Assembly (NCBI GenBank): GCA_024704765.1
Contig: JAKMXF010000326.1
Location: 270,697 to 334,696 of the forward strand
Direction: 5' to 3'
DNA length: 64,000 nucleotides
Origin: Oopsacas minuta
Lineage: Eukaryota; Animalia; Porifera
Shown here: piece after piece, positions 1 through 12,986 of the stretch
How positions within the stretch are numbered: the first letter of the stretch is position 1
How the letters are laid out: every line of letters begins with the position of its first letter
The notes under the pieces: model-generated
Told to the model about the DNA's origin: nothing
Databases searched by the model: none
Seen by the model: only the letters and a program-made list of their open reading frames with translations
Position numbers and translations under genes: made by a program

Positions 1-760
1 AACAAAAGGATGTATATCCAATCTGGCATTCCAATTCATAGAGATAACTGAATCGCTTGATCATAACCATTTTGAGGGCATCAAGGTGATCACAGTAAAT
101 TATCAAGTTGTCATCAGATACTGAGAGCTAAGCTAAGTGGGGAAACTGGTAAACTCTTCTATAAATGTCCTATTTAAACTGTGTTAGATTCACAATAAAG
201 GAGCAAATAACTGTCTTGCACTTTATAAGTATAACTACATTGCACCTAAGTTGGAAATTGATTGCGTTGAATTAGTTAAAATGTACGATAGGTGGGCAAC
301 ATCAATTTTCGTTTTTTGAACATCCTTAATTAGTTGCAGGTTCGATCCCTCCAAAAATTCAACAATGGTATCAAATAGAGAATAGAATCGAGTGAGATAA
401 ATTGCTTTCTAGAGCCACGAAAACTTAGGTCTGGAAGAAACTTCGAATTCGGTTTCATTTTCATGAAAAAGTTGACGAAATATTTGTCATTGAGAGCCGG
501 GGATTAATTTCTTGTTTACCATAGTAATCACTATATATAATGAGTCATGCAAGCACACAATTTCCAAAGATTCCGAACATTGTTTTGCTATTGTCTCGCA
601 AGTTTTTGAAGAATTCAACATCCTTAAAGACTTTATTCCTTAGTTAGAAAATACTTGGTCGCATAGCAAGCACATTGGAAGCTGGCCATTGCATGTGATT
701 TCACAACCCATATTTGATTTACTGTCGACAATTCTTTTTACTATTAATATTATGAGATCG
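1..760 (-). mobile_element. Degenerate hAT (Buster/Charlie, SCAND3/ZBED-like) transposase fragments, running off the left edge
   Basis: Minus-strand translation across stops and frameshifts gives QLPMCLLCDQVFSN, FRQLFHENETEF, YLTRFYSLFDTIVEFL, KIDVAHLSYI, YCDHLDALK..M..RFSYL and PDWI. These resemble Buster-type hAT transposase. No TIR identified. Confidence 0.7.
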
Positions 761-2853
761 AGTTCATCAAATTCTTTGTAATTACTTATATATATGGTTA
801 CACACTTTTCAGACAAAAAAGTTTTATGAAAATAACAAGATAGTGATAACGATTACAACTCTCGGGAAGTCATCGCCAATGTAACTATCTTATTGACAAA
901 TTACCAACAACTAAAACTGCAACTATACATGATGATTCAATTACAAAGTTGCAATGTGAGTGATAGGCATTATACAGAGACAAGATTAATGTCACCTGAA
1001 CCTGCTAAATCGGAATTGTCTGACCTGTGGCAGTGTAGAATAATACAAATATGCTAGGTCACGCTCCAAAAGCAAACCCACCCACAGTATTTCTTAATCA
1101 TATTCACTAGATTCTGATTAAACGGCATCTGTTACTCAGTTCAATCTAGTAATCGGGTCACTTTTCCAGAAACAGAACCATACAAAGAGAGTGAATTTAC
1201 TTCAGTTAATCCGGCCAATACCTATATTCAGCTTAATTGAGTCAAAATGGCCTGGTACTGATGTGACCATATGATGTGGAGTCGACTGCATCTTCGATCC
1301 ATTACCTTTCCAAACCAGTGGTGGACAAATGGGGGTAAATGGGGCTTTCCCCAGATGAAATCCTCTCCCCGTCCATCAAAGGTCTCCAACACTTAATATT
1401 CTACAAAGAATTTTGCCCTAGGCTTTCCAGATCATGAGACCACCACAGGGGCTTATCCAGTAATATATGGCCTAACACTTTTCTAGAGGGGCTCTTCTTG
1501 GATTGTAATCTTTTGGGCGGTACCTCATTGATCCTCATATACAAAGTTGAGTCTTATGGTCGGTACTTACTCTGCTCCTTCATGTTTGCTCAACTGGCTC
1601 TTTTAGGTGCTCATCAAGCAGCTAGAGAAACTACTAAAACGCTGGGCATATAGCCGAATTCAATATGTATTCATTCACATCACCGAATCATAATCATGAA
1701 CTGTAGAACCACTATTAACATATTAAACAAAAAATCAATAAAGTTTACATCAGGTACATCAAAGAATTTCTTGATTATGGCATATGGTAACAGAACAAAT
1801 CCATTTAATCCCAAACTTATTGAATTACCTATGTATAAAAAGCCAAATTACCTGAGTAATTGATCCCAGTTTGGGAAACACTAAAATAATTTCATTGATA
1901 ATTCATTCCCAACTATCAAACAAATAAGTATAAATATATATCTCTACAAGAATCAAAGTGCCTAAAATATCCCGAATTAACAATCTGGGCATTAGACGAT
2001 CCCCAATTAAAGTATCTAGACCTCATCCCAATAATAAATTCGAAAAGAATCTAGAATCTAATCACGAGCAAATTTACGATCCCTATTGGGTGATGCATTT
2101 TACGCAATACAGCTGAATATTTTGAATAGTATAGCTTGAAGTTTCGAAATATGTCAATGACATGATTACCTATATATCTATCAACAACATGGGCGGACAT
2201 CATTGCCAAAAGTACTAGGATGTATATTTAACTGGTCCTAACTAGGTGTTTGAGCCACTCTTCAACACTCAAAAATTTTTAGTATACTATAGTGAAAAAT
2301 TTGATTATCCATCCGATCCCGATCAAATCCTACTTTCTCAAATGGATAGACGACCGTCTTCAGATCCTCAAAAGGATGCAGATCTTATCGTAGATCTATA
2401 ATCAAGTTATCATAATGAAATTAAAATTCCAGAAGAGCTACTCAAGTGAGCATATAAGTCTACCAATCATCTTAGTGTTGCACTTGGACTCCAACTAAAT
2501 AGATCCGCACACTAGAATCAGGGATAATTATTATTTAGACTCGCAACATAAACCATAAATCTGTTGGGAATATATTACTCTTGAGACTAATTAAGGCAGG
2601 ACTGCACAACCTGAGGTATTTGAGGATTTTTTCAGGAGTACGTCAGCAGGTTGAACAATTTGTTATGTAATGAATAAACATGTATAAATCAGAACAAAAG
2701 TTACCACCATTTGCAACAAAATGTTATATCATGTACGTACTATTTGGTGCATATTGTGAATATTGCATGGCTATATTAATTCAGCAAACAATAAAGCTTG
2801 GTACAATTTCACAAAACTTAAAGGGATTTGTATATTATATTCGAGTTTTTGTA

Positions 2854-3475
2854 GAACTTTGATCAAATTTTCTTATGTCGAACTTTGATCGAATGATGAA
2901 AAGGAAAATTTTGATCAAAGTTCCACTAAAATGTCTTGAGGCGAACATTGATAGAAAAATTGTCGAATCTTGATGGAAAAACGAGAACTTTGATCGAAGA
3001 ATTGTCGTGCTCCACGACACCGCAATATTCATATTTCATATCCAGATTTCCTTGAGCCAACAATAAAACAATGTCCAGCCGACAGACTTGTGGTGCAGCT
3101 CAGGATTATCTATTTTGTTCTTTTCAGGGGGGCCCTTGACCCCCACGTAATGCCACAATGCACTGGACACGACTGATTTCAATCTAGGACGTCCTAACAC
3201 TTTATATTGTGTTAATTAGAAACAGGTACTATTGGGAGGGGATTAGAGATTTAGTTCGCAACCCTATGGCTCTGGGAGTTTGTATTAGTGTTCGTTATTA
3301 GCTACTAAGGGATGGGAGTGTAGAATTAATGCTAATTTTATGATTGGATGGAGTTTTGTTGGATTGATTATTAGAAAAGTTTGTAAAATGGTTTCGATCA
3401 ACATTCGACTGAAGACATTTTGAGTAGAACTTTGATCAAAATTAGCCTTTTTCATCACCCGATCAAATTTCGACA
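2854..3475. repeat. Cluster of about 8 copies of the motif GAACTTTGATC(A/G)AA in both orientations
   Basis: Copies near 2854, 2880, 2908 (inverted), 2943 and 2966 (degenerate), 2985, 3392 (inverted, degenerate) and 3428. Two blocks are separated by about 390 bp of unrelated sequence. Confidence 0.65.
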
Positions 3476-3591
3476 AAAAATCGATGAAAATTTACAGATT
3501 CATTTAGAAGTGTTAATACAGTTTATCAGGCCCATTGTTCAGAATTTGGGAAAAAGTTGTATTGTTGTTGATTGCCAGCATTTTTAGTATA

Positions 3592-5458
3592 CAGTAGAAG
3601 TTCGCAAACCGTGGCACCTTGTTTCCATTGTATCCGTGCCCTTACTCTTCATTGTATTATTTCCCTTAGGATGCACTAAGCTGTATAAATTGTAGCAAAT
3701 CAATTCTGGACAACAACGCTTTGAACTTAGAACAACCAAATTTTATTAATTGCTTAGTTTTCCTTTTTACTATAAAAACTTCATGTCTACTATTAAATCT
3801 TCACACAAGTCTGCCCACACCATCGAACAACGATAAAATGCTCTTAGGATGTTGGATGATGGCAAGAGTGAGCGTATAGCGGCTGAATTCTTCAATGTGG
3901 GTAAGGGAACAATTAACCGTATCAAATCCAATTGCGTGGCGATTCAGTTGTATATGGACGAAGATATCGAGACTGCAGTTATTGAATTCCTGAAGTTAGC
4001 GCGAGATCGAGGAATGGCAGTAACTGGCCCTATGCTTCGTACCCTAGCTGAGAAAGAAGCTAATGCAAATAGAGTGGAGGGATTTAAGGCTTCAGAGTGA
4101 CGGCTTTTGAGAGTGAAGGCGCACCATGGAATATGCGGAAGAGCACTTAGCGGGGATGCAGCAGGTGTTGAAAATGTGGTTCTCAAGAATGGGAAGAGGA
4201 CTTACTCAAGATCATTGGGTCTTATAAGCCGGAAGATATCTATAACCTAGATAAACTGGGTTATATTTCAGGGCAACAACCACCAAGTCCCTTGTTCTTC
4301 CTAAAGATACTGCTCATGGTATTAAACAGGACAAATCTCGCCTCACTCTCATTGTCTGTACATCCATGCTTAGTGAAAAAGAGAAAATACTCCTGATGTG
4401 GAAGAGCGAGAAACCAAGGGCTTTGAAAGGTGCAGACATGTCCAAATTACCTGTTGTGCACAAGGCTTAGAGGAAGGCATGGATGACTGCCCCTTATATT
4501 TTGCTCTTGGATGAAGGATTTCGACAACAGAATGTACAAATCAGGTAGGAAAATCCAAATGTTCATGGACAATGCAAATGGCCACAAAGCCTCTGATCAG
4601 CTTAGTTTAAAGGCAGTGCAGTTCTTATATTTCCCTTACAGCACCACGAGTTGCATCCAACCATTAGATGCCAGTAATATCCAGTCTCTCAAATTGCTAT
4701 ATCGTAAACAGGTGGATGAGCATCTATTGAAACATATAGTGAATATTGACAACATTAATAAACCCAACGATGACCCTTACAAAATGATCACAATAGCCCT
4801 TACTATAGTTTGGGGATCTCGAGTCTGGAATTAAGTGAATGTCCGAACGATCTCCAAAAGCTTTTCAAAGTGCGGATTTGGATTTGCAACTGTTGTCCCC
4901 GAGCTACCCATGATCATAAATCCAGAGGAGATTCAAATCAGATAAAAGAAAATGACGAATGTGGGATTTTTCTCCCTGTAATCAGTCCTGATGAGCTCTT
5001 TGAGTAAGCGTTAATTAATGTGACCCAAAGGTTAAAATTCCATGACTTAGATTGTGGAATTGAATGCGATTCTTAGGGTGATTTATCTGAAGCTTTTCCT
5101 ATCCCGACTTCAAAATCCGAACTAGAAGCCATTCAAGTGCTTCAGATGTACGACTTGGGTTGTGGTGATGAGGAAGTTCTTGGGGGAAATTTCAAGCTTG
5201 AAAACTACTTGTTGGTAGTAGCTGCAAGACACAGCCAAGAACAAAAACAGTCCCAAATTAGTGACTATTTCGTCAGTGATCATAAGTAGGCCCAATATTG
5301 GTTGGAATGATCTATTAAACAATGTAATCATGTCTATTTAAGTGAAAAGAAGTCTAGACTGTAGCATAATCCAAATTCATTTTGAGAATATTGTGAAGCT
5401 CGCAAACCGGGGAACTTTTCAGAAACGTCAAGGTGCCCTGGTTTGCGAGCTTCTACTG
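3592..5458 (+). mobile_element. pogo/Tigger-type DNA transposon, full length but defective
   Basis: TIRs CAGTAGAAGTTCGCAAACCGTGGCACC and GGTGCCCTGGTTTGCGAGCTTCTACTG, with TA on both sides. CENP-B-like HTH segment at 3849-4100 (VTGPMLRTLAEKEA, GFKASE). DDE_1 segment at 4511-4834 (FMDNANGH, TTSCIQPLD). Several stops and frameshifts. Confidence 0.9.
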
Positions 5459-8400
5459 TAACAGGTTGGGTCTATGAGCAACCACCGGAAAGCCTCTGTC
5501 AGAAGATCACCAAAGGACTAAGGCCGTGGAAAGCAGATTTCAATTGGTCGGATTAACCTACTTAAATATATAGAACCACCGAAATTCTTCCAGTTGATTG
5601 GAGAAATTCTATTAGCAGTCCAAATGTTGACCAAGTTTATATCCGAGGGACAGAAAAATGTAATCGCGAAGTTCGAATTATTCGGTGTAAATATTAGTAT
5701 ATCAAAAATACACATGTTCTAGCTCTAAAGTAGTACAATGACATGTATAATTACTAGGTTCTGCATATTCAAATTATACATGGCAATAAATATACGGGGT
5801 ACGGGTATCTGAAATGGTGATCTCGGTCAAAGAATACGGACCCGACGAATTTTACAAGTTAGTTACAATAGGATATGTAAAATTCGACTGTTTAGAAAAA
5901 GATATTTCCATCACAAGATCTTTTTGCAAGTGTGATCCAATAGGAATGTAGATGTCAAATACAATGGATAGATTCAATATTCCAGAGTTCATTTGATGTC
6001 AGGAGTGTGTCAAAAGTTATATGATGCCATACTAGCAACAATGTCTGAGAAAGAGATACTCACGCAAGAAATCTCTATTAAGAAATTAAAACATTCAACG
6101 TATACCATGGAAACACCACTTTAAATATCGAGATCTTCCACCTCCATACAATCAATTGCGTGTTGTTTATGGATCACCACTGTAGACTGTAGAAAGTTTA
6201 TCGAACATCTTTGAATATAGAAGAGGAGATCTGTATGTTTTCTGGGTCTCGTTGAAACCTAGGCGACTATCCAAATACATCAGATGCATGGATACCGCCC
6301 TGCTATTAAACCGATCGACATACACCCAGCTTTGAGATCAACGATAATTGTGACATCATAGTTTGTCAGATAATTGCTTATACAATTGTCCTGAAAAATT
6401 CGCTGAAAGTGATAACAATTTTCAGGAGGTTTGCTAACCCAAAAATATATAAGCTATCTACAGAATTCTCTTTACTAAAGCTGAGTACAAGTTTGAGAAA
6501 ATCACGGCCATAATCAAGGCAGAGGATATACCTAAATCTTGTAGATTATCGCAATATGTTTTACCATGAAATCTCTCAAGTAATGTATTGATTTCATTAC
6601 ATCCTTTATATAAGTTTGATACCTTACTTTACTGTGATCAAGACTAATGGAAAAGCACTCCATTATATTCTGGATGGTTGGAAAGTACAAGTTTATACAG
6701 TCGAAACTCATAAGATAGGGAGATCGGAAAGGAGGATAGTATGATATTACCTTCTCCCACTTATACCTTCAACTGAAAATGGATATTGATAAAGGATATT
6801 TCAGTTGTGTTGATTCAATGATATCTATAATCTATGATATTCCTGAGAAACCTAAAGATTTCAAATTCATTATAGCCATAAATAAGTTAATCATACAAAT
6901 CAAGGAAATACTGTGCATATTTACATATGTTTGGTAAATATCAATTGATAATTGCCATTATTTACAAAGAGTGATATTTTAGAAGCGAATTCAGCAGGAT
7001 TCAAATCCACAAGAAAACACCTTTGACTCAAAAAGTATGAGTTGAATTTTGAAAAGCATCATAAAGGGTAAAGAGGAAAGTTGGTACATTTTATATCATC
7101 ACATATAATGGTGAATTTTTTAATGTTAAGTAAGCAATTTTGCATAATATTCTGGTCGAGGATTTGTATTAATATATCCTAATATCTTTGTGATAACAAC
7201 TTATCCTTTTGATTATATTTACATCTCACTTTGTACATTGTGGACAATTCGAAATTAAAATGATCATTTTCAAAAAGTTAAGAACGCCGGAAATTTACAT
7301 AGGTAATACATAGACGACTAATCTGCACTATAAATAATGAAGTAGTTTTGATCAAATTCCAAAAATAATATTAAAGATTCATTCACACAAAATTTTGTAT
7401 GATCAAATTACTCACAAAATATTCGAAGTAAAAATCGTAGAAAAATATCCATGAAATGAATTATATCTATATGAGGGCAATTATTTTTTCAACGATAATT
7501 GCAGGGAATTCTCTAAGATATGTTTTAATGCCTGTTATCAGATAAGAAATTGTAAAAATAACAGTTTTCAACACTTTCCATCACCTTATATAGTTTCTGG
7601 GATCATACATATAAATCCTTCACTATTATCAAATAAATTATCCAAAGCTTTGAAAATCTGATAACTTTGATGTAGTTTACATTTCTTACAGGTAGCAATT
7701 TGCGATTCAGTATGTGGTGGACGAAAGATTGGTAAAACGTATTATATTATACTTAACTCAATAAATTCTTCATCAGAGAGTATGACACAGTCTTAATTTC
7801 TGGTGATTTGCAAATTTTACCCAACGTAGACAACTTCTGACGATAAATTTATGGATTTTTAACTACAGTTTGATCTCTAATAAATTGAGGAAATTCATAT
7901 GTTGTTGAGTACAAATAGCCACAATGTTCTGTCTCTTAGACCATTTCATTACTTTTTTTCTTCAGAAATATCTCTTATTCACGTACGACCTTCAAACATT
8001 TATTAGCTCTGGGATGAAAGAAACATCGGAAGCGGAAATTCCACTTGTTATACCGGGATATAATACTCTAATGAAATCTCCAGTTATGAAAATGGTTTCT
8101 AATTCAAAATATCTAATTTAGCTATACGCATCCAGTTCTCTGAAATGGAGTTACTATAATACGAATAATTATTTCAAACTGAAAAACTGTGGGAACCTAA
8201 TATAATACCACCTCATAATGACAGAATAGGTAAGTAGTATGGTATAATATATTTTATAAGGTTAGGATTATTGCAAGGATTCGAATCAAATACTTTGTTG
8301 TGATTATTATTGAAGCATTTTCACATAGTTTACCTATTTATACAAAATGTTGCCAAAAGGAGATCTGTATCTTTGGGTTTCACCATCCTTAATATGGATG

Positions 8401-8559
8401 GGATCATTATCACCATGCTCATCGTCTAAACTTTCATTTGTAGCATCTAAATCATATTAACTGTCACAATTATAATACTCTAATGTTCGAATATGGGTAA
8501 TACATGTCATTAAGATATTTACTCATAAACACATAATACAATTAAGTAAAGACAGATCT

Positions 8560-9200
8560 AATTTGAGAAATATTAATAATATGCACCATATATCTAAATG
8601 ATTACAAACACAACTTTCTCATTTCATTATTTAAATTATATTTCTTATCAATGCGAAAGCCAATCCCATCCATTATATGGGGAGAACATAAATGGAGAAT
8701 TACTTTTAATACTAGTTTCTGATTGGTAGAATTTGTATCCACTCTATTCAAACATTTATCAAGGTATGCATCGATATCATCTTTAAGAAATGCATTAGAC
8801 ACACTATGAATTAACGCCCACCTGAAAACTATCTCAATTTGTCCTATGTAAATACCATAATTTAATATTCTCTTTGCATCAAGATACCATTTGTGCAGAA
8901 AATAACTAATCCAGAGCTAGTATTACCAGAACTGATTATCTCTTCCAGAGGTACGGGACTGGTAGAAAGAGTTTAATGTTGTACTATGAGGACATAGTAA
9001 AATACTTTGTGCTGGGAAGGTTCAATCATTAGAATGATTGAGCTAGTAGCATCTAGGTGAAGAATTATGCTTTTATCTTCAAAACATTTTAATATTTTAG
9101 ATTTGATCTTCAGTATATACATGAATATTAAAGCGGTTATGTCCTTACGGCTGAATGTGCCCTCTAACATTACTACTCACTATAACATTCCAGAAATACT
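8560..9200 (-). mobile_element. Degenerate MULE (Mutator-like) transposase relic
   Basis: Motifs in the expected order across frame breaks: LHLDATSS, KVFYYVL, SPVPL, IEIVFRWALIHSVSNAF...YLDKC, and ILHLCSPHIM (CxxH). Ends not found. Confidence 0.5.
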
Positions 9201-12200
9201 GTTGTAAACTAATCAATTCAATTGAATTATCATTAGAGTACCGCTGTAACTCGACAACAAATCAAATTTTGCATTCGATAATACGGAGGGGGCTTTTAAA
9301 TCTAATTAGATTGTCGAAACCAAGCGCTGAATTTCTTTACTATAGACTCGAATTGGCTCAAGAAATATTTACTCACAGATGTGTCTAATAATTATGTTGC
9401 TACTTTTAAACTAGTAGAATTACACAAATTTATCACGTAAGCAATGATATTATCATAATGTTGATCAGATAGAGTACCAGAAACCATGTAGTTCACGATT
9501 GTACCACATTAATGTGACATTCAACAAGATCCTTGTGAATAATGAATGTAAAAGAAAAACAATTGTGAACTTTAGGCATTGCATTCGCTAAAATAAAACT
9601 CTTAGGTTTCTACATTTAGACATATTTATTTTGTGGGATTTAAAACAAAGTACACAATTAAATATTCCTTCCAATTTGGAATAAATTAAGTAAGTCCAAT
9701 ATTTTGAAAGTACAACACGATCACCCACGATTTTAGTCATATTTCCCAATTCTATAAAGTTAACAAAAAAAGCTACCAGTATTGTTCCATAGAGGTGGAA
9801 TCATCAATGATTACCTCAATCAGAATACCCCCATCATATAGGGCCTGGTAGATGTATTGATGGCAACAATAGTTTCTGAGTTACCCATATCAGGTGATAG
9901 TTTAGATAGCATATCTGGATGTGAATCAACTAACAAAGGAAAATTTTTCAAAAGTTAACCATAGCCATTTTTTCTGATACAGTTGAATGAAATGAAAAAA
10001 TAAGATCCAGGTTTCATGCACGATAAAGCAAAGTTGAGAAATTCCCAGAGTTGTGCAACTGTAAAATGAGATAAGCATTTCCAAACAATCAAATTTAGTC
10101 AGGAAATGTTGACAACTAATATCCATGCATCTAATAGGCAACTATGTCTCTTAACAAGCCATAAGTTGATATGCGCTCATTTAGAATCTAATTAAATATT
10201 CTGCACTCGTCATAGAACCACTCAATAATGAGCATGAATTCGCTACTAATGGTGGACATTCTGATGCTAAAAATTTCAGTGCGTCTATCTATTGAAGATC
10301 ATAACAAGTAATAAATGTCCAAAAGAGAGTATAGGTGGCTTCAGTCTGAGGAGGAGAATAAGCAGGGTGTTCCTCAAACTATATAGTCTAGGTTGTTCGT
10401 AACCAAACGCTAATAAGCCTAAGAACTTGCGATTTGACATTTCCAGCTGGAAGCTACAAACACTAAGTATCTAATTGACCACTAATATCGCTATGATATA
10501 ACTATTAACGTATATACTACCCGAGTCTAACTTGGTGCTACGTGCTCTACAGCCAAACGAAATCAGTTCCGGATTCGCTATCCAACTTATGAATGCTACC
10601 TTCCTTACTTAGTTGTATATAATCCTAAAACTGATTGCGCTTTAGGTTGCATTGAAGTAGAGAGGAGTACGTGTGTTCGGCTTATTCTTATAGAATATGA
10701 TAATTGACAACTTTCCGCATAGTGAATCCGCCCTTCGCCTGTCTCTGTTATCCAAGGCTACATAAGTTTATCAAAATCATAGTAGCTGAGTTGGGTGATT
10801 GCAGTTACAAATAGTTCCAGAGATGTCATGATGAAATAGAATATAATACAATTGAACAATTGGGTGACAACGTTAAAAGGTTGGGAAACACTGAGTTAAG
10901 GTAATGGATCTGATGTGATTAGTATAAAAAAGATATTTGAACTTCCCATTTCTAGTATTAGCGTTCATTATTTCATTATATAAATGTTTCAAAATAATTC
11001 CCATTTTTGGTTTTCCCCTTATTCTGTAAAGTTAGTCGAAACTGATTGAATTCTTTTACCAGAATAATTTAAATACTTTATTGCCATAAAAATGAATTCA
11101 TTGCCCAATAATTGAATACTTAGATTATATGCCAAAATAATGAATATACTTTCCATAATAACATTGTATTCAATGCATAGTGATTTTGCTGTATAAATGT
11201 TGCTTCAATACCTTGGCAACATACATTGCTCTAAACTTTGTATTATAAACTGTTGCGACGAATAACAATCCAATGATTATATAGAAACATATTTCAAGAA
11301 TAATTGAATGCTTCTAAGTACTTAGTTATGATTCCAAATCGATTATGCTTGTTTCAAGCATCTACGCAGTTCCATATTCTATAATCTAAGAATACATCAA
11401 TAATACTGATGTATCAGCGTGGTGGAAAGATAATATCAATAGTATTACAGTCGTTAGAAACGAAATAAATCAATTGCAGTGTTGAAATTTGCTTGTTGGA
11501 TGATTATTACAGTCTTAATTCTTAATTAAATACAATGATCTAGATCTAAACTGACATAAATGGTCCAAACATTGAGAAGGAAGACATTTTATCTCAAGAA
11601 TTTAGTCATGATTAGCAAATTTACAGCAACAATACTAAAGTAACCAATAGATAGTTACAAAGCATATAACACATCCAGCACAAATTGGACGTCTATGTAA
11701 TTCCTATGTAGTGTTCGAGGGTTCATAACTTTTTCAAATTTAATATAGTAATTTCAAATTGGATTTATACAATGTACCAAGTGAGATGTAAATATATTTA
11801 AACGGATAAGTGGTTAACACAATTATTTAGGAGATATAAATAAAAACCTCGCCCAAAATATTATGCAAATTTGCTTACTCATCGTGAAAAATTTCATGAT
11901 TATAAGTGATGATATGAAATGTACCAACTTTCTTCTTTACACTTGTATAGTTCTTTTCAAAATAGAATCCATCCTTTTTAGTAAAGTGTGTTTTAGTGGG
12001 GATTTGAATCATACTGAATCGGCTGCTAAGATAAAACTCGCTATTACATTAGACAGTCGCTAATCCGAACCTCGTTAATCAGAATCCTCACTAATCCTCA
12101 CAGGTCCGAAAGGTTATGCAACTTCTGGAACATGTTCGAAAATGTTCAAAAATAACAGATTTTGGGGAATTATAAAGGGGAGAAAAGATTTCAGTGGGAC

Positions 12201-12625
12201 TCGGATAATACGCACCCTGTCGGGAATACATTAGTGAGTACTAACTGAGTGTACGTGTTGTCCGAGTGTACCTCTTAGCCAGAATACGTCTTTTTCCGCG
12301 GTATAATGGTTTGAAAAATTTCCGCCAACTTATAGCATCGTTACAATGGATTTGAAATAAACAATAAAATCATACGTGAATAATGTCTTTGGGGCAATAG
12401 GGTTTGTTCACAATAAAGGAATCATCAAAAGCAGACGAAATTGGTTCAATATAATTTCATACCTGACGGTATTCGATCATACACTAGACAGCAAATGTTT
12501 TAAATCTTTGCTGTTGATTAATATTCTTTTAGGGACTATCGACTATGATGTTGCCGAAAAGATTATTAGCTTGCGTCTTGAATTTAGGGAATGGCATTAT
12601 TGATTTCAAAATTTTGCGATGTGTA

Positions 12626-12986
12626 CAGTGAATGCCGGTTATAAGAACATCGTCGGGAACTGGACGCAATGTTCTTATAACCGATATGTAGTACATAGTA
12701 GATTCAGTTTATGAAACACCTCATTTAAACACGTTGGGATATAGAAACCATATTAAAGAAAGGTATTTTTGTATCTTTTATATAATAAATTCCGATTCTA
12801 CGAACATACTTGTAATGAGAACCAATTTTAATATTACACTAAGGGTGATCTAGTAACCGACATATAATGTTCTTATAACCGATGAATATTCCATGGAATA
12901 AAATACAAAAGATTCCGTAATTCAAGTTGTGGTTCTTATTACTGGCATGTTCTTATAACCGGTGTTCTTATATCCGGCATTTATTG
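12626..12986. mobile_element. 361-bp pogo/Tigger-type MITE
   Basis: TIRs CAGTGAATGCCGGTTATAAGAACA and TGTTCTTATATCCGGCATTTATTG, TA flanks, several internal copies of TGTTCTTATAACCG, no ORF. Confidence 0.85.

Noticed and set aside
1600-2260. Possible Gypsy-like integrase remnant (AHQAARET, KEFLDYGI)
   Set aside because: Only two weak motif resemblances with many stops; no LTR or RT support.
5500-7600. Coding-like patches between the pogo element and the MULE relic
   Set aside because: No motif I could assign; probably very old TE debris.
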